The notes under the pieces: model-generated | What the model was told of the DNA's origin: nothing | Databases searched by the model: none | The model's input: the letters and a program-made list of their open reading frames with translations, nothing else | Position numbers and translations under genes: made by a program | Part shown: in pieces, positions 1 to 9,152 of the stretch | Layout: every line of letters starts with the position of its first letter | How positions within the stretch are numbered: the stretch's first letter is position 1 | Virus record (IMG/VR): IMGVR_UViG_3300044740_000035 | Location: 1-53,953 of that record | Length of the DNA: 53,953 nucleotides | Origin: a virus | Lineage: Duplodnaviria; Caudoviricetes | Strand: one strand, 5' to 3'

Positions 1-98
1 GCTTTGGCGTTGGCGTCGTTCAGGGCAAGGCCGAGCTCGGCTCGGCGGCGCCTGGCGGCTTGTGCGAGCCGCTCGTAGTCGCGATCTGTGGAGGGCAT
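1..98 (-). CDS. CI-like XRE repressor, N-terminal part (runs off window)
   Basis: Manual translation MPSTDRDYERLAQAARRRRAELGLALNDANAK; divergent from Cro-like gene; CAAGAT-N6-ATG suggests a leaderless start. Confidence 0.65.
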   Translation of the reverse strand, partial: MPSTDRDYERLAQAARRRRAELGLALNDANAK

Positions 99-165
99 GC
101 GCTCATCTTGGCAGGACTGGCGGGGACCAGCCAGGACTAGCGGCACTTAGGCCCAATCTCTACGC

Positions 166-274
166 CACATCTACGCAGGTGGTGAGGCATCTACAGGCAT
201 CACGTGCACACAGGCGGCCATCACATGCTGCTAGATGCCTAGACAGAGTGGGCATCTGTAGGTAACTTCTACGC
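166..274. promoter_or_regulatory. Lysis/lysogeny operator-promoter region
   Basis: AGGCATCTA (185-193) inverted with TAGATGCCT (232-240), further GGCATCT (251-257); TAGACA(240-245)-N17-TAACTT(263-268) ends 6 nt before ATG 275. Confidence 0.55.
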
Positions 275-520
275 ATGGCACAAACCCCAACCACCTTCTC
301 GGTGGACGGGACGGCTATCTGCACCAAGCGCATGCACGCGGGGATGGAAGTCCAGCAGCTCGCCGACCTCGTCGGCATAACCGCCAGCTACCTGCGAAAG
401 CTCGAGCGCGGCGACCGCACCCGCATGAGACCTGGCAACTACCAGGCCCTCAGAGCCGCCCTGGACGCGAACGAGACCGAACTCCTCCGCACCCCACAGC
501 ACCCCCCAGAAAGGAAGTGA
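275..520 (+). CDS. Cro-like XRE helix-turn-helix protein
   Basis: VQQLADLVGITASYLRKLERG HTH; position opposite repressor. Confidence 0.85.
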   Translation: MAQTPTTFSVDGTAICTKRMHAGMEVQQLADLVGITASYLRKLERGDRTRMRPGNYQALRAALDANETELLRTPQHPPERK

Positions 521-521
521 C

Positions 522-803
522 GTGAACACCAAGCAGTCCCCGCGAACCCCCACGCAGCCGGCGGACCTGAACGCCCCCTTCTTCAGCGTCCCCGAGGTCG
601 CATGGCTCCTGAAGTGCAGCGTCGACACGGTCCGCAGGCGCATCAGGAGCGGCCGGCTCGGCGCCAGCCAGGACAAGAAGGGAGGCGTCATCCTCGTCTC
701 TCGCTCCGACCTCGACGCCTACCACGAGGCCACGCGGCTCGTCGCGCTGCCGAGGCGTGGCTCTCGTCGGCCCCACCGCCACCCGGCCCGCGCCGCCGCC
801 TGA
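522..803 (+). CDS. Excisionase-like HTH DNA-binding protein
   Basis: FFSVPEVAWLLKCSVDTVRRRIRSGRL, HTH_17/MerR-like pattern. Confidence 0.8.
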   Translation: MNTKQSPRTPTQPADLNAPFFSVPEVAWLLKCSVDTVRRRIRSGRLGASQDKKGGVILVSRSDLDAYHEATRLVALPRRGSRRPHRHPARAAA

Positions 804-887
804 CGGCAAACGAAGAGGCCGCCCGCAACCCGACGCCGCGAGCGACCTCGCGATCCCCATCCAGAGCACGCAACGAAAGGGACCGCC

Positions 888-1175
888 GTGTCCATTCTTC
901 CAAACCCTGAGCACGACCAACTCGACGAGTTCGACCGGATCACCGCGACTGTCCCGATGCTGTCGGCGTTCCGCGCGCTGTGGAACGAGGCGGAGGAGTT
1001 CCTGCAGGCGGCACACCCCGGCGGCTTCGAGCCCGCAGAGATCGGCCGGATCGCCTTCGACTCGCTGCCCGAATCTGAGCGCGAGACCGCCCTGGACGAG
1101 CTGTTCTACGCGTACTGGGAGACGGTCGTCGCCTACCGCGAGGCCCGCGCCGCACAGTCCGGCGGTGCGGCATGA
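888..1175 (+). CDS. Hypothetical phage protein
   Basis: RBS aaaggg, GTG start, high GC3, coupled to next ORF. Confidence 0.7.
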   Translation: MSILPNPEHDQLDEFDRITATVPMLSAFRALWNEAEEFLQAAHPGGFEPAEIGRIAFDSLPESERETALDELFYAYWETVVAYREARAAQSGGAA

Positions 1176-1453
1176 GCCACTACGAGAACGTCCCGCCGCA
1201 GGTGTACGAGATCACCTGGCAGTCGGGTCACGTCGAGAAGGTCATCGCCCACCAGGTGTCTTACGACAGCCTGCGGATGAGCGCGGTCCTCGTCGGTGAG
1301 GGCCAGGTCGCCACGGAATCGGCCGGCGCGCGCATCAAGTTCCATGCCGAGGTCGACGGCCGGTGGACGCTGCAACTGTCGGCGCACGAGGCGGACATCC
1401 GCACGATCCGCAACATCACCAGCGGCGAGCAGGTCCCGGGCGGTGCGGAATGA
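1172..1453 (+). CDS. Hypothetical phage protein
   Basis: ATGA overlap coupling, high GC3. Confidence 0.7.
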   Translation: MSHYENVPPQVYEITWQSGHVEKVIAHQVSYDSLRMSAVLVGEGQVATESAGARIKFHAEVDGRWTLQLSAHEADIRTIRNITSGEQVPGGAE

Positions 1454-2085
1454 CCGACTACCCGGAGATCGCGGCCCGCTTCGCCCGCGACACCGCCAAC
1501 CACCAGATGACCGTGCTGCACGAGGACGGCCTGTACCGGCACCTGCGGTTCGTGCAGCCGAAGCCCGCCAGCTCGATGTACTGGTTCGACCTGATCACCT
1601 GGCCGGGCTGCCTGACGATCCGCGGCGACATCGGCGACGCCTACACGTTCAGCCGACTGCCCGACATGTTCGAGTTCTTCCGCGGCCGGGTCGGGCGGAT
1701 CAACGAGCACTACTGGTCGGAGAAGCTCGACAACGGGCGCGATTCCGCCAAGGAGTACAGCGAGAAGCTGTTCCGGCAACTCGTGTGCGAGATGGTCGGC
1801 CACGCGGTTCAGTCCGGCGATGCGCCTCGCGGCGTGGGCAAGGCCGTCCGCGAGGAGATTCTCGCCAGCGAGTTCCTGGGCACCGAGGAAGAGGCTCGCT
1901 ACGTCCTGGAGAACTTCGAGTACAAGGGCTTCCAGTTCAAGGGCACGTGGGAGCTGAGCTTCCACGACTACGAGTGGACCTTCCTGTGGGCCTGCCACGC
2001 GATCGTGTGGGGCATCGGCCGCTACGACCGGGTCCGCAAGTACGGGCTGCAGAAGCTCGCCACCGCGAAGGCGGTGGCGGCATGA
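1450..2085 (+). CDS. Hypothetical phage protein
   Basis: MTDYPEIAARF...; ATGA coupling; aromatic-rich globular sequence. Confidence 0.8.
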   Translation: MTDYPEIAARFARDTANHQMTVLHEDGLYRHLRFVQPKPASSMYWFDLITWPGCLTIRGDIGDAYTFSRLPDMFEFFRGRVGRINEHYWSEKLDNGRDSAKEYSEKLFRQLVCEMVGHAVQSGDAPRGVGKAVREEILASEFLGTEEEARYVLENFEYKGFQFKGTWELSFHDYEWTFLWACHAIVWGIGRYDRVRKYGLQKLATAKAVAA

Positions 2086-2348
2086 GCGAGCCCCGCCAGA
2101 TCCACATGGTCCTCCACCGGCCTTCCGGCGTCGTCCCGCACGAGAGCGCCTACAAGCACACCGACGTCGATGGCGACCGGCTTCTCATCAGCACCGCGCT
2201 CTTCGATGACGGAACGCCCGGCATCTACTTCCGCACCGACCCGAACGGCTCCTCGGTAACGCTGGCCGAACTGCCCGCATTGATCGCGCAGCTGCAGGTC
2301 ATCGCCGAAGCCTCCCAGGCAGAAGCGGACGAGGAGGCGGCCCGGTGA
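2082..2348 (+). CDS. Hypothetical phage protein
   Basis: MSEPRQIH...; ATGA coupling. Confidence 0.7.
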   Translation: MSEPRQIHMVLHRPSGVVPHESAYKHTDVDGDRLLISTALFDDGTPGIYFRTDPNGSSVTLAELPALIAQLQVIAEASQAEADEEAAR

Positions 2349-2587
2349 CCCGCCCGATCTCCGACCTGGACGTGCCGCTGCCCGTGGTGGAGGCGCAGAC
2401 CGCCGCCGTGGCGACTCTCGTCGACGCTTCCGCGCACTCCCACTCCCCGTCCGACCGGCTCGCCTGGGCGCTCGACCAATGGCTGGTCACGCATCCGGAC
2501 GCCCCGCTGTCGAGCGACAACACCTATCCCGGCTGGGCCGAGCGCATCGCCAGCCTCAACGACCGCACGCCACAGGAGGCGTCGTGA
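2345..2587 (+). CDS. Hypothetical phage protein
   Basis: GTGA coupling, RBS gaggagg. Confidence 0.65.
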   Translation: MTRPISDLDVPLPVVEAQTAAVATLVDASAHSHSPSDRLAWALDQWLVTHPDAPLSSDNTYPGWAERIASLNDRTPQEAS

Positions 2588-2898
2588 CCACCCTCGCTGA
2601 CCTGTCCCGCCCGATGGCTCTGCTGCGCCTCCTCGCCGCCGACCACCCGAACCTGCCCGCGCCGCACATCGGCATCTCGTCGCACTACCCGGGCCAGTTG
2701 GAGTTCTCCATCCACCGCGACCTCGGCGCGTTCGAGGCCTGGCGGGAAGCGCTCGGCATCGACCCGGCCGCAGTCAGGCGCGACCTGCAGAGCGGCGACA
2801 CGACCATGGTCCTCACTGCCGTGGCGGAGATCGCCGACGCGAAGGTCGTGCTGGTCGGCTACGCACGCAACCTGAGCCTCCTCGCGGAGGTGGCGTGA
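2584..2898 (+). CDS. Hypothetical phage protein
   Basis: RBS aggagg, GTGA coupling. Confidence 0.7.
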   Translation: MTTLADLSRPMALLRLLAADHPNLPAPHIGISSHYPGQLEFSIHRDLGAFEAWREALGIDPAAVRRDLQSGDTTMVLTAVAEIADAKVVLVGYARNLSLLAEVA

Positions 2899-3095
2899 TG
2901 GCGACCGCCCTCGACCCCCGCCCGCTGGCGGACCGGCAGCAGGACGCACTGATCGCCGTCGAGGAGGAATGGGCGCGCCGAGCGACCGGCGCCCGCCCCT
3001 GGACCGTCGACGAGTACCTCAACCAGAACGCGGCCGAGCACGCCCGATTCAAGGTCGCCGAGATCGCCCTCAACCGACTCGGGAGGGCCGCGTGA
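2898..3095 (+). CDS. Hypothetical phage protein
   Basis: RBS ggagg, TGATG coupling. Confidence 0.65.
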   Translation: MATALDPRPLADRQQDALIAVEEEWARRATGARPWTVDEYLNQNAAEHARFKVAEIALNRLGRAA

Positions 3096-3277
3096 GCGTC
3101 CTCAACCTGCCGCCGATGCCGGAGTCCGCCGACCCGGTGATCGTGCCCGGTCTCCTCGCCGGCCTCGGCATCACCCGCCGCCCGATCCCCGCCTGGATCA
3201 CCGACCCGAACGTCGCGGAGTCCATCGCATGCGGGCTCTACGAACTGCCCGACGAGCTTCTGGGGGAGACCTCGTGA
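3092..3277 (+). CDS. Hypothetical phage protein
   Basis: RBS gggaggg, GTGA coupling. Confidence 0.6.
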   Translation: MSVLNLPPMPESADPVIVPGLLAGLGITRRPIPAWITDPNVAESIACGLYELPDELLGETS

Positions 3278-3627
3278 CCACCACTACCGCCCCGACGGAC
3301 GTCGAGATCGCCGAGGTCTGCGACGAGGCCGCCACGGTGATAGCCGCCAACGGGCTCGCGAAGCGGTACCTGTACGACACGAAGCAGGCCGAGACGGGGC
3401 TTCCGCTGGAGAAGTGCCGCGTGGACATCATCGGCGCCCTCAACATCGCCGCCCACGGCACCCCCCGCTACGCGGCCTCCCGCATCGTGTACGCCGCCGA
3501 GCGGGTGTTGGAGAAGCGCATCGACCGCGTGTCGCTCGTCGTGTGGGTCGACGAGAAAGGCCGCACCGCCGACGAGGCGATCACCCTGCTGCGGGACACC
3601 GCGGCCAGCCTGCGGGAGGCGTCGTGA
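3274..3627 (+). CDS. Hypothetical phage protein (DUF6197-like)
   Basis: EAATVIAANG...DIIGALNIA...WVDEKGRTADEAITLLR pattern; coupled. Confidence 0.65.
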   Translation: MTTTTAPTDVEIAEVCDEAATVIAANGLAKRYLYDTKQAETGLPLEKCRVDIIGALNIAAHGTPRYAASRIVYAAERVLEKRIDRVSLVVWVDEKGRTADEAITLLRDTAASLREAS

Positions 3628-4061
3628 GCATCGCCCAGGACCTCCGCACCCGTGCCAGGCATCGCGGCAAAACCCCGTGGCAGTTGGTCAAGCTCGTCGG
3701 CCGGCTGGAGCGGCAAGCCGACGAGAACACCTGCCAGATGGTCGCCATGGCCACCGAGATCGAAGAACTCAAGGCCGGACAAGCCGAGATGGCGGACGAG
3801 CTCGACAAGGCCGCCATCGACTACGACGAGCTCCTCGACGACCGCAACGCATGGCGCGACGAGGCCCTCGCCCTGCGCGCCAGGTTCGGTGACCAGATCG
3901 CCGCCGAAGCCAACGCCAACGCGGTCACCGTGCCGCCGATGGTCCGCGACACCTCCGACCCGGAGGACCAGGCGACCGTGCCGGTCCCGATCGTCGTCCG
4001 CACCCTCCAGCAGGCGCACTGCATCGGGCCCGTCACCGACCCCGGCCGCTTCACCCAGTAG
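3624..4061 (+). CDS. Hypothetical coiled-coil phage protein
   Basis: GTGA coupling; acidic heptad-rich central region. Confidence 0.7.
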   Translation: MSIAQDLRTRARHRGKTPWQLVKLVGRLERQADENTCQMVAMATEIEELKAGQAEMADELDKAAIDYDELLDDRNAWRDEALALRARFGDQIAAEANANAVTVPPMVRDTSDPEDQATVPVPIVVRTLQQAHCIGPVTDPGRFTQ

Positions 4062-4171
4062 CCCGCCGGGCCGCGCGGATGGCGAAGGCCGCCGGCCCGG
4101 CGCCCCAAGCAAGAACCCCCGCCCGGGGATAGCGGGCGGGGATCGCAACCAGCATCCCACAGGAGACCACC

Positions 4172-4516
4172 GTGAACGCTTCCACCCACGAGGTACGGGC
4201 CAGCCGGACCGCGACACCGGTCCTCGCTCCCGCCACCGAGCCCGTACCCGGGTTGCGGATCTACATGCAGCCCGAGGAGCTCCGCACGTCCGCCGAGGAC
4301 ACCTACCTGTGGCGGATCGGCCACCACTCGGGCCTGGCCATCGCCAAGTTCGAAACCCGGCGGCACGCCGAGGCCGCGGTCGACATGATCGCCGACTTCA
4401 CCGACTGGACGCGGACAGCTGACGACCTCGAGGCCGACGACGAACTCTGCCGCAAGACGCAGGAGTCCATCGACTACCGCACGGCAGGCAAGTTCCTCAG
4501 CAAGTCCCCAGCCTGA
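4172..4516 (+). CDS. Hypothetical phage protein
   Basis: RBS aggag, high GC3. Confidence 0.7.
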   Translation: MNASTHEVRASRTATPVLAPATEPVPGLRIYMQPEELRTSAEDTYLWRIGHHSGLAIAKFETRRHAEAAVDMIADFTDWTRTADDLEADDELCRKTQESIDYRTAGKFLSKSPA

Positions 4517-4649
4517 CCCACAACCCCCCAGCCGCCGCGTCGAGCGCGCCCCCCGGCGCTCCGCGGCACCAAGGGCGGCTCGCCCCGCACCACCTCCCCC
4601 CCGGTCGGGGCGAGCTGCCCTCCCACTCGCACACCCTCAGGAGCTTCAC

Positions 4650-4877
4650 ATGAGCACCGAAAGCACCACAAAACCCACCGGCCCGCTGCGTTGCACAGGC
4701 TGCGGCGACGAGACCGGGCCGTTCACCAAGGACGGGCTCTGCGAAGACTGCCAGCCCGAGGCGGAACTGCTCAGCGCGCTGGAAGACGGCGGCTGGCTCG
4801 ACGACAACGCGCGCCGCCTCCTCGACGCCTACGCCGCCGCCGTGCTCCGCCGCGCACAGGAAGGGGCGGCGAAGTGA
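4650..4877 (+). CDS. Small zinc-finger-like protein
   Basis: RBS aggag; CxxC...CxxC. Confidence 0.7.
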   Translation: MSTESTTKPTGPLRCTGCGDETGPFTKDGLCEDCQPEAELLSALEDGGWLDDNARRLLDAYAAAVLRRAQEGAAK

Positions 4878-5056
4878 CCGCCGACCTGGAACGGCGCATC
4901 GTCGAACTCGAAGACGAGATCGACGAGCTCAACGACAAGCTCGGCAAGGTCACCGAGGAGCGCGACGACCTCAAGCGGGAGAACGAGGAGCTGACCGAGA
5001 AGGTCGACACCGCCCGCGAGGAGATCGAAGAGACGCTGCGGGGGCTCAACCGATGA
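4874..5056 (+). CDS. Small coiled-coil protein
   Basis: MTADLERRIVELEDEIDELN heptads; coupled on both sides. Confidence 0.7.
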   Translation: MTADLERRIVELEDEIDELNDKLGKVTEERDDLKRENEELTEKVDTAREEIEETLRGLNR

Positions 5057-5913
5057 CCACTGCACTCGAAGCACCGAAGGTCGTCGACGGGCTCTCGGCC
5101 GAGGCGTACCACGCGGACCGCACGTCGATCTCCTCGACGGGCCTGCGCGCGCTCCTCGCCCCCGGCTGCCCCGCCCAGTTCAAGTACGACCGCGACAACC
5201 CCCAGCCACCGAAACGCGAGTTCGACCTCGGACACGCCGCGCACAAGCTCGTCCTCGGCGAAGGCGAGGAGATCGTCGTCACCGAGTGGGACGACTGGCG
5301 CACCAAGGCCGCTCGTGAGCAGCGCGACGACATCCGCGCCCGCGGCGCCGTACCGCTGCTCTTCCACGAGGGCGAGCAGGTGCAGGCGATGGCCGACGCC
5401 ATCCGTCAGCACCGCCTGGCCGGACCGCTCTTCACCCCCGGCAACGGCATCGCCGAACGGTCGATCTACTGGACGCACCCCGGCACCGGCGTGCGGGTTC
5501 GCGTCCGCCCCGACTGGCTGATCATCCGGCCGGACGTGACCCTCGTCGTCGACGTCAAGACCGCGGCCGACGCCAGCCCGGACGGCTTCAGCAGGTCAAT
5601 CGAGAGCTACAGCTACCACCAGCAGGGCGCCCTCTACATCGACGGCGTCGAAGCCGCCGGACTCGCACCCGAGGGCGCGCGCTTCCTCTTCGTCGTCCAG
5701 TCGAAGAAGGCCCCCTACCTGGTCACGGTCGGCGAACTGAAGGACCAGGACCAGGACATCGGCCGCGCCCGCAACGAGGAAGCACTGCGCCGCTACGCCG
5801 AGTGCGTCGCCAACAACGACTGGCCCGACTGGACCGGCGACGTCGACACCATCCCCCAGCTCGGAATGCCGAGCTACGCCACCATCCGCCAAGCCGAGGA
5901 GTACCTGAAGTGA
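5053..5913 (+). CDS. RecE-like PD-(D/E)XK exonuclease (exonuclease VIII/DUF3799-type)
   Basis: YHAD..ISSTGL, GHAAH, AERS, RPDW, VDVKT, YHQQGALY motifs. Confidence 0.9.
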   Translation: MTTALEAPKVVDGLSAEAYHADRTSISSTGLRALLAPGCPAQFKYDRDNPQPPKREFDLGHAAHKLVLGEGEEIVVTEWDDWRTKAAREQRDDIRARGAVPLLFHEGEQVQAMADAIRQHRLAGPLFTPGNGIAERSIYWTHPGTGVRVRVRPDWLIIRPDVTLVVDVKTAADASPDGFSRSIESYSYHQQGALYIDGVEAAGLAPEGARFLFVVQSKKAPYLVTVGELKDQDQDIGRARNEEALRRYAECVANNDWPDWTGDVDTIPQLGMPSYATIRQAEEYLK

Positions 5914-6788
5914 CCAGCAACGAGATCGCCACCCGCGACGAGCAGGCCGCCGTCGCCGTACCGCAGCCCGCCAACCAGCCCATCGAATCGTCCCTTGAAA
6001 AGTGGGCGCGCGAAGCCTCCGCCATCTCCGGCATCGCCAACGCCATCGCCCAGACCAGCCTCGCCGGCGCCTACCGCGGCAAGCGCGACGAGATCGTCGC
6101 CGTCGTCCTCGCCGGACACGAGCTCGGCATCAAGCCGATGACCTCACTCAAGTCGATCGACGTCATCCAGGGCCAGCCCGCCCTCCGCGCCCACGCCATG
6201 CGCGGCATCGTCCTCAAGCAGGGCCACGAGATCGAACTCGTCGAATCCGACGACCAGCACTGCGTCATGCGCGGCCGACGCAAGGGCGCCGAAGCCTGGC
6301 AGACCGTCGTCTGGGACACGAACCGCGCCCGCCAGATGGGGCTGCTCAACAAGGACCAGTGGAAGAAGCAGCCAAAGACGATGCTCATCGCCAGGGCGAC
6401 GGGCGAGATCTGCCGGCTCATCGCAGCTGACGCCCTGCACGGCATGCCCTACGTCGCCGAGGAGCTCGACGGCTACGTGCACGGCGAGGTCGTCCAGCAG
6501 CAGAAGGCGCCCCTGTCCGTCGCTGCGCTCACCACCCCGGCGCCGCCTGCTGCGCCCGAGCCGCAGTCGGACACCTCGGACGTGGTTGATGTCGACATCG
6601 ACGACGAGCACGCCGCCGCCGTCCGGGACCTGCGGGACTTCGGCGACGCCGAGGGAGTCGACGACATCGACCTCCTCGCCTACGAGGCCCTCGGGGCGCC
6701 GCTGGAGCACGTCTCAGCGCAGGCCATCCGCGACCTCACCGCCAAGCTCCGCACCGCCGCCGCTGCGCAGACGGGCGGTGCCGCGTGA
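5910..6788 (+). CDS. RecT/Red-beta-like single-strand annealing protein
   Basis: GHELGIKPMTSL..I.VIQG.PAL, WKKQPKTMLIARA motifs; coupled to RecE-like gene. Confidence 0.8.
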   Translation: MTSNEIATRDEQAAVAVPQPANQPIESSLEKWAREASAISGIANAIAQTSLAGAYRGKRDEIVAVVLAGHELGIKPMTSLKSIDVIQGQPALRAHAMRGIVLKQGHEIELVESDDQHCVMRGRRKGAEAWQTVVWDTNRARQMGLLNKDQWKKQPKTMLIARATGEICRLIAADALHGMPYVAEELDGYVHGEVVQQQKAPLSVAALTTPAPPAAPEPQSDTSDVVDVDIDDEHAAAVRDLRDFGDAEGVDDIDLLAYEALGAPLEHVSAQAIRDLTAKLRTAAAAQTGGAA

Positions 6789-7369
6789 ACGGGCCCCAGC
6801 ACTACCGCGAGGGCGAGCGCCACTTGAGCGCCGCGTCCTTCCTCGACAAGCCGGGCGGCAAGCCCGTCGACCCGGGCGCCGCAATGCACCACGCGCTGCG
6901 CGCTCAGGCTCATTTTGCCGCAGCGCAGGCCGCCGCAACTGCCGCCCAGCTCGCCGACCGGTACGTCGGCGACGGGGAGCACATCAGCGAGTGGAGGAAG
7001 GCGATCGGCGGCACGGGGAAGACCCAGGCCGACGACCCGTGGACGGCCCGACCGAAGCCCTACATCCCCGGCCAGCCGTACTCGAAGGAAGTCGAGACGG
7101 CCCTGCAAAACCTCAACCTTGCCGGGCACGTCACACCCGCCGACACGCTGGCCGCCGCGATCCCCGTCATCGCCGGACACGCCGCCGAAGCGCTGATCGA
7201 CGGCGAGAACGACGCGGTCCGTAGGTGGGCCCGCAGCGTCATCGACGAACTGCGCCGGGTCGGTCTCGACCTCGCGGGCCATGTCGAGCGGCGGGCCGAA
7301 GACCTCAGGCCCGACGTGCCGTTCAGCTACGACACCCCGCTCGGCTACAGCGACGAACCCCCGTTCTAG
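6785..7369 (+). CDS. Hypothetical phage protein
   Basis: GTGA coupling; C-terminal YSDEPPF resembles an SSB-like acidic tail. Confidence 0.7.
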   Translation: MNGPQHYREGERHLSAASFLDKPGGKPVDPGAAMHHALRAQAHFAAAQAAATAAQLADRYVGDGEHISEWRKAIGGTGKTQADDPWTARPKPYIPGQPYSKEVETALQNLNLAGHVTPADTLAAAIPVIAGHAAEALIDGENDAVRRWARSVIDELRRVGLDLAGHVERRAEDLRPDVPFSYDTPLGYSDEPPF

Positions 7370-7433
7370 CCCGCACACATCACGGCCGCCCCGCGGGCAG
7401 TGCGGGGCGGCCACTACCCCAAGGACATCACAC

Positions 7434-7682
7434 ATGACCGCCAAGACCACGACCACACCCGCCGACGACCTGATCGGCGCTGTCCGCCGCTCCCCGGAAG
7501 GCACCCGCCTCGCCGTCCTCTGGCCGTCCCCGCCGCACCCCGCCCGCTGGATGGTCACCGACCGCTGGGGCTCAACCGGCTACGAGGCAGACGACATCGT
7601 CGCCGACTGGCCCGTCGTCGGAGCCGTCCCCTTCAGCCCTGCCGCAGGCATGGAACTCGCAGAGATCGGAGCCACGTCGTGA
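7434..7682 (+). CDS. Hypothetical phage protein
   Basis: RBS aagga; MTAKTTTT... Confidence 0.65.
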   Translation: MTAKTTTTPADDLIGAVRRSPEGTRLAVLWPSPPHPARWMVTDRWGSTGYEADDIVADWPVVGAVPFSPAAGMELAEIGATS

Positions 7683-8140
7683 GGGCCTTCTACCGCGGCT
7701 ACAACGCCGCCACTGGCCGCCGTGCCGGGCAGGTTCGCCGACTGCACGTGATGCGGGAGGACGGCAAGTTCGCAGGCAAGCAGGGCCTGTGCGGGGCGCC
7801 CGGCTGGAACCACAACAACTCGCCCGCCGTGATCCTCGAACCGCTCCCCGCCAAGCCCCCGGCCGGACTGTCGTGGTGCAACTCGTGCATCGGGCACGCC
7901 GCCCACCTCGTCGGCCAGCTGGAAGCGGTCGCGCAAACCATCGCCGACCTCGCCGAAGCCACCTGCGGGCGCTGCAAGCAGCAGCGGAAGCTCTTCCCCT
8001 TCTCGTGGGTGCCCGACGGGTGGATGGAGTTCAAGGAGATCCACCTGTGCGCCCGCTGCCACAGCCTCTCCGCCCTCGAAGACGAAGACGGCCGCCTCGA
8101 CTCGGGGCCCCTGCTCGAGCAGATCGGAGCGTACTCGTGA
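7679..8140 (+). CDS. Cys-rich hypothetical phage protein
   Basis: GTGA coupling; three CxxC pairs. Confidence 0.65.
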   Translation: MRAFYRGYNAATGRRAGQVRRLHVMREDGKFAGKQGLCGAPGWNHNNSPAVILEPLPAKPPAGLSWCNSCIGHAAHLVGQLEAVAQTIADLAEATCGRCKQQRKLFPFSWVPDGWMEFKEIHLCARCHSLSALEDEDGRLDSGPLLEQIGAYS

Positions 8141-8475
8141 GGTACTTCCACGGCGGCGCCCTCGGCCTCGAGGTCGGTGACCTGATCCGGCCCGCAATCA
8201 GCCTCGGCATCAGCAAGGTGCGCACCCCGAACCAGCCCCGCTACAACCCGCGCCGCGTCTACGTCACCCGACTCCAGTGGTACGCCCAGCTGTTCGCCAA
8301 CGGCGCCAAGGGCGACCTGTACGAGGTCAAGCCCGTCGGCCGCGCCATCCCCGACCTGGACGCCCGCGGCTCCTTCCACTGCTCGTGCGCCGAGGTCGTC
8401 GCCATCCTCGCCCGCCACCCCGTCCCGATGCCCGCAGAAGGCGGGCGCATCTTCCCGATGGGAGCCGTCTCATGA
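8137..8475 (+). CDS. Arr-like (H-Y-type) ADP-ribosyltransferase fold protein
   Basis: YFHGG..L.VGDLI.P, RVYVT, GDLYEVKPVG, PD.D..SF motifs parallel those of rifampin ADP-ribosyltransferases. Confidence 0.6.
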   Translation: MRYFHGGALGLEVGDLIRPAISLGISKVRTPNQPRYNPRRVYVTRLQWYAQLFANGAKGDLYEVKPVGRAIPDLDARGSFHCSCAEVVAILARHPVPMPAEGGRIFPMGAVS

Positions 8476-8789
8476 CCGCGATACAGCAGCCCCTGGAGGG
8501 CATGCCGGAGCCGGAGCCGCGCGAGGACTTCGAGACGTGGGCGGAGAAGGTGCGCCCCACGTTCGTGGCCGTCGCCGCGTCCGGGCGCCGCCGCTGGCTG
8601 ACCTGGCAGATCAAGAAGGAGTACAAGCTCCCGCAGGCGCCGGACCCCGCGCACGACTGGGGCGCCCTCATGAGCCAGCTCCACCGCGACGGGATCGTCC
8701 AGCACGACGGGTTCGGCCGCACTGCCGACGGCTCATGCGTCAACGCGTGGACCGGCACCGTCGCCGCCATGCAGGGGAGGGCCGCCTGA
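8472..8789 (+). CDS. Hypothetical phage protein (possible winged helix)
   Basis: ATGA coupling; WGALMSQLHRDGIV. Confidence 0.65.
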   Translation: MTAIQQPLEGMPEPEPREDFETWAEKVRPTFVAVAASGRRRWLTWQIKKEYKLPQAPDPAHDWGALMSQLHRDGIVQHDGFGRTADGSCVNAWTGTVAAMQGRAA

Positions 8790-8790
8790 G

Positions 8791-8916
8791 ATGGACGCCC
8801 TCAACCGCATCAGCTACGCCTCCACCCTGCTCTGCCTGATCGGCGTGGGCGCCCTGATCGCCATCGCCGGGGCGGTCACCGGATGGCTCGGACGACGCGA
8901 CCGGAGGCGGATGTGA
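8791..8916 (+). CDS. Small membrane protein
   Basis: Manual ORF MDALNRISYASTLLCLIGVGALIAIAGAVTGWLGRRDRRRM; RBS ggggaggg; one TM segment. Confidence 0.55.
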   Translation: MDALNRISYASTLLCLIGVGALIAIAGAVTGWLGRRDRRRM

Positions 8917-9152
8917 TCGCCTTCCTGTCCGCCGTCATCGACGGGATCGAGACCGCCGGGGCCTGGGCGGTCTGGTGGGTCGGCGTCACCGCCGGCGTGG
9001 TGGTCGTCGTCGCCGTGTGCCGGGCCGGGGCTGGGATCGCCCGCCGGCGGCGCATCCGCCAAGGCATCCGCCGCCTCGAGAACTACGCCAACCACCCTGG
9101 CGTCCGCCGCCTGCACGACGACATCGACAACCCGCGAGAGGAGAAGCCGTGA
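8913..9152 (+). CDS. Small membrane protein
   Basis: GTGA coupling; hydrophobic AVWWVGVTAGVVVVVAV followed by basic residues. Confidence 0.6.
   Translation: MIAFLSAVIDGIETAGAWAVWWVGVTAGVVVVVAVCRAGAGIARRRRIRQGIRRLENYANHPGVRRLHDDIDNPREEKP

Noticed and set aside
8137-8475. Rifampicin resistance gene arr
   Set aside because: Only fold-level motif resemblance; the protein is shorter and lacks the typical DPN.T..KFPGNPT segment, so no gene symbol or resistance call is made.
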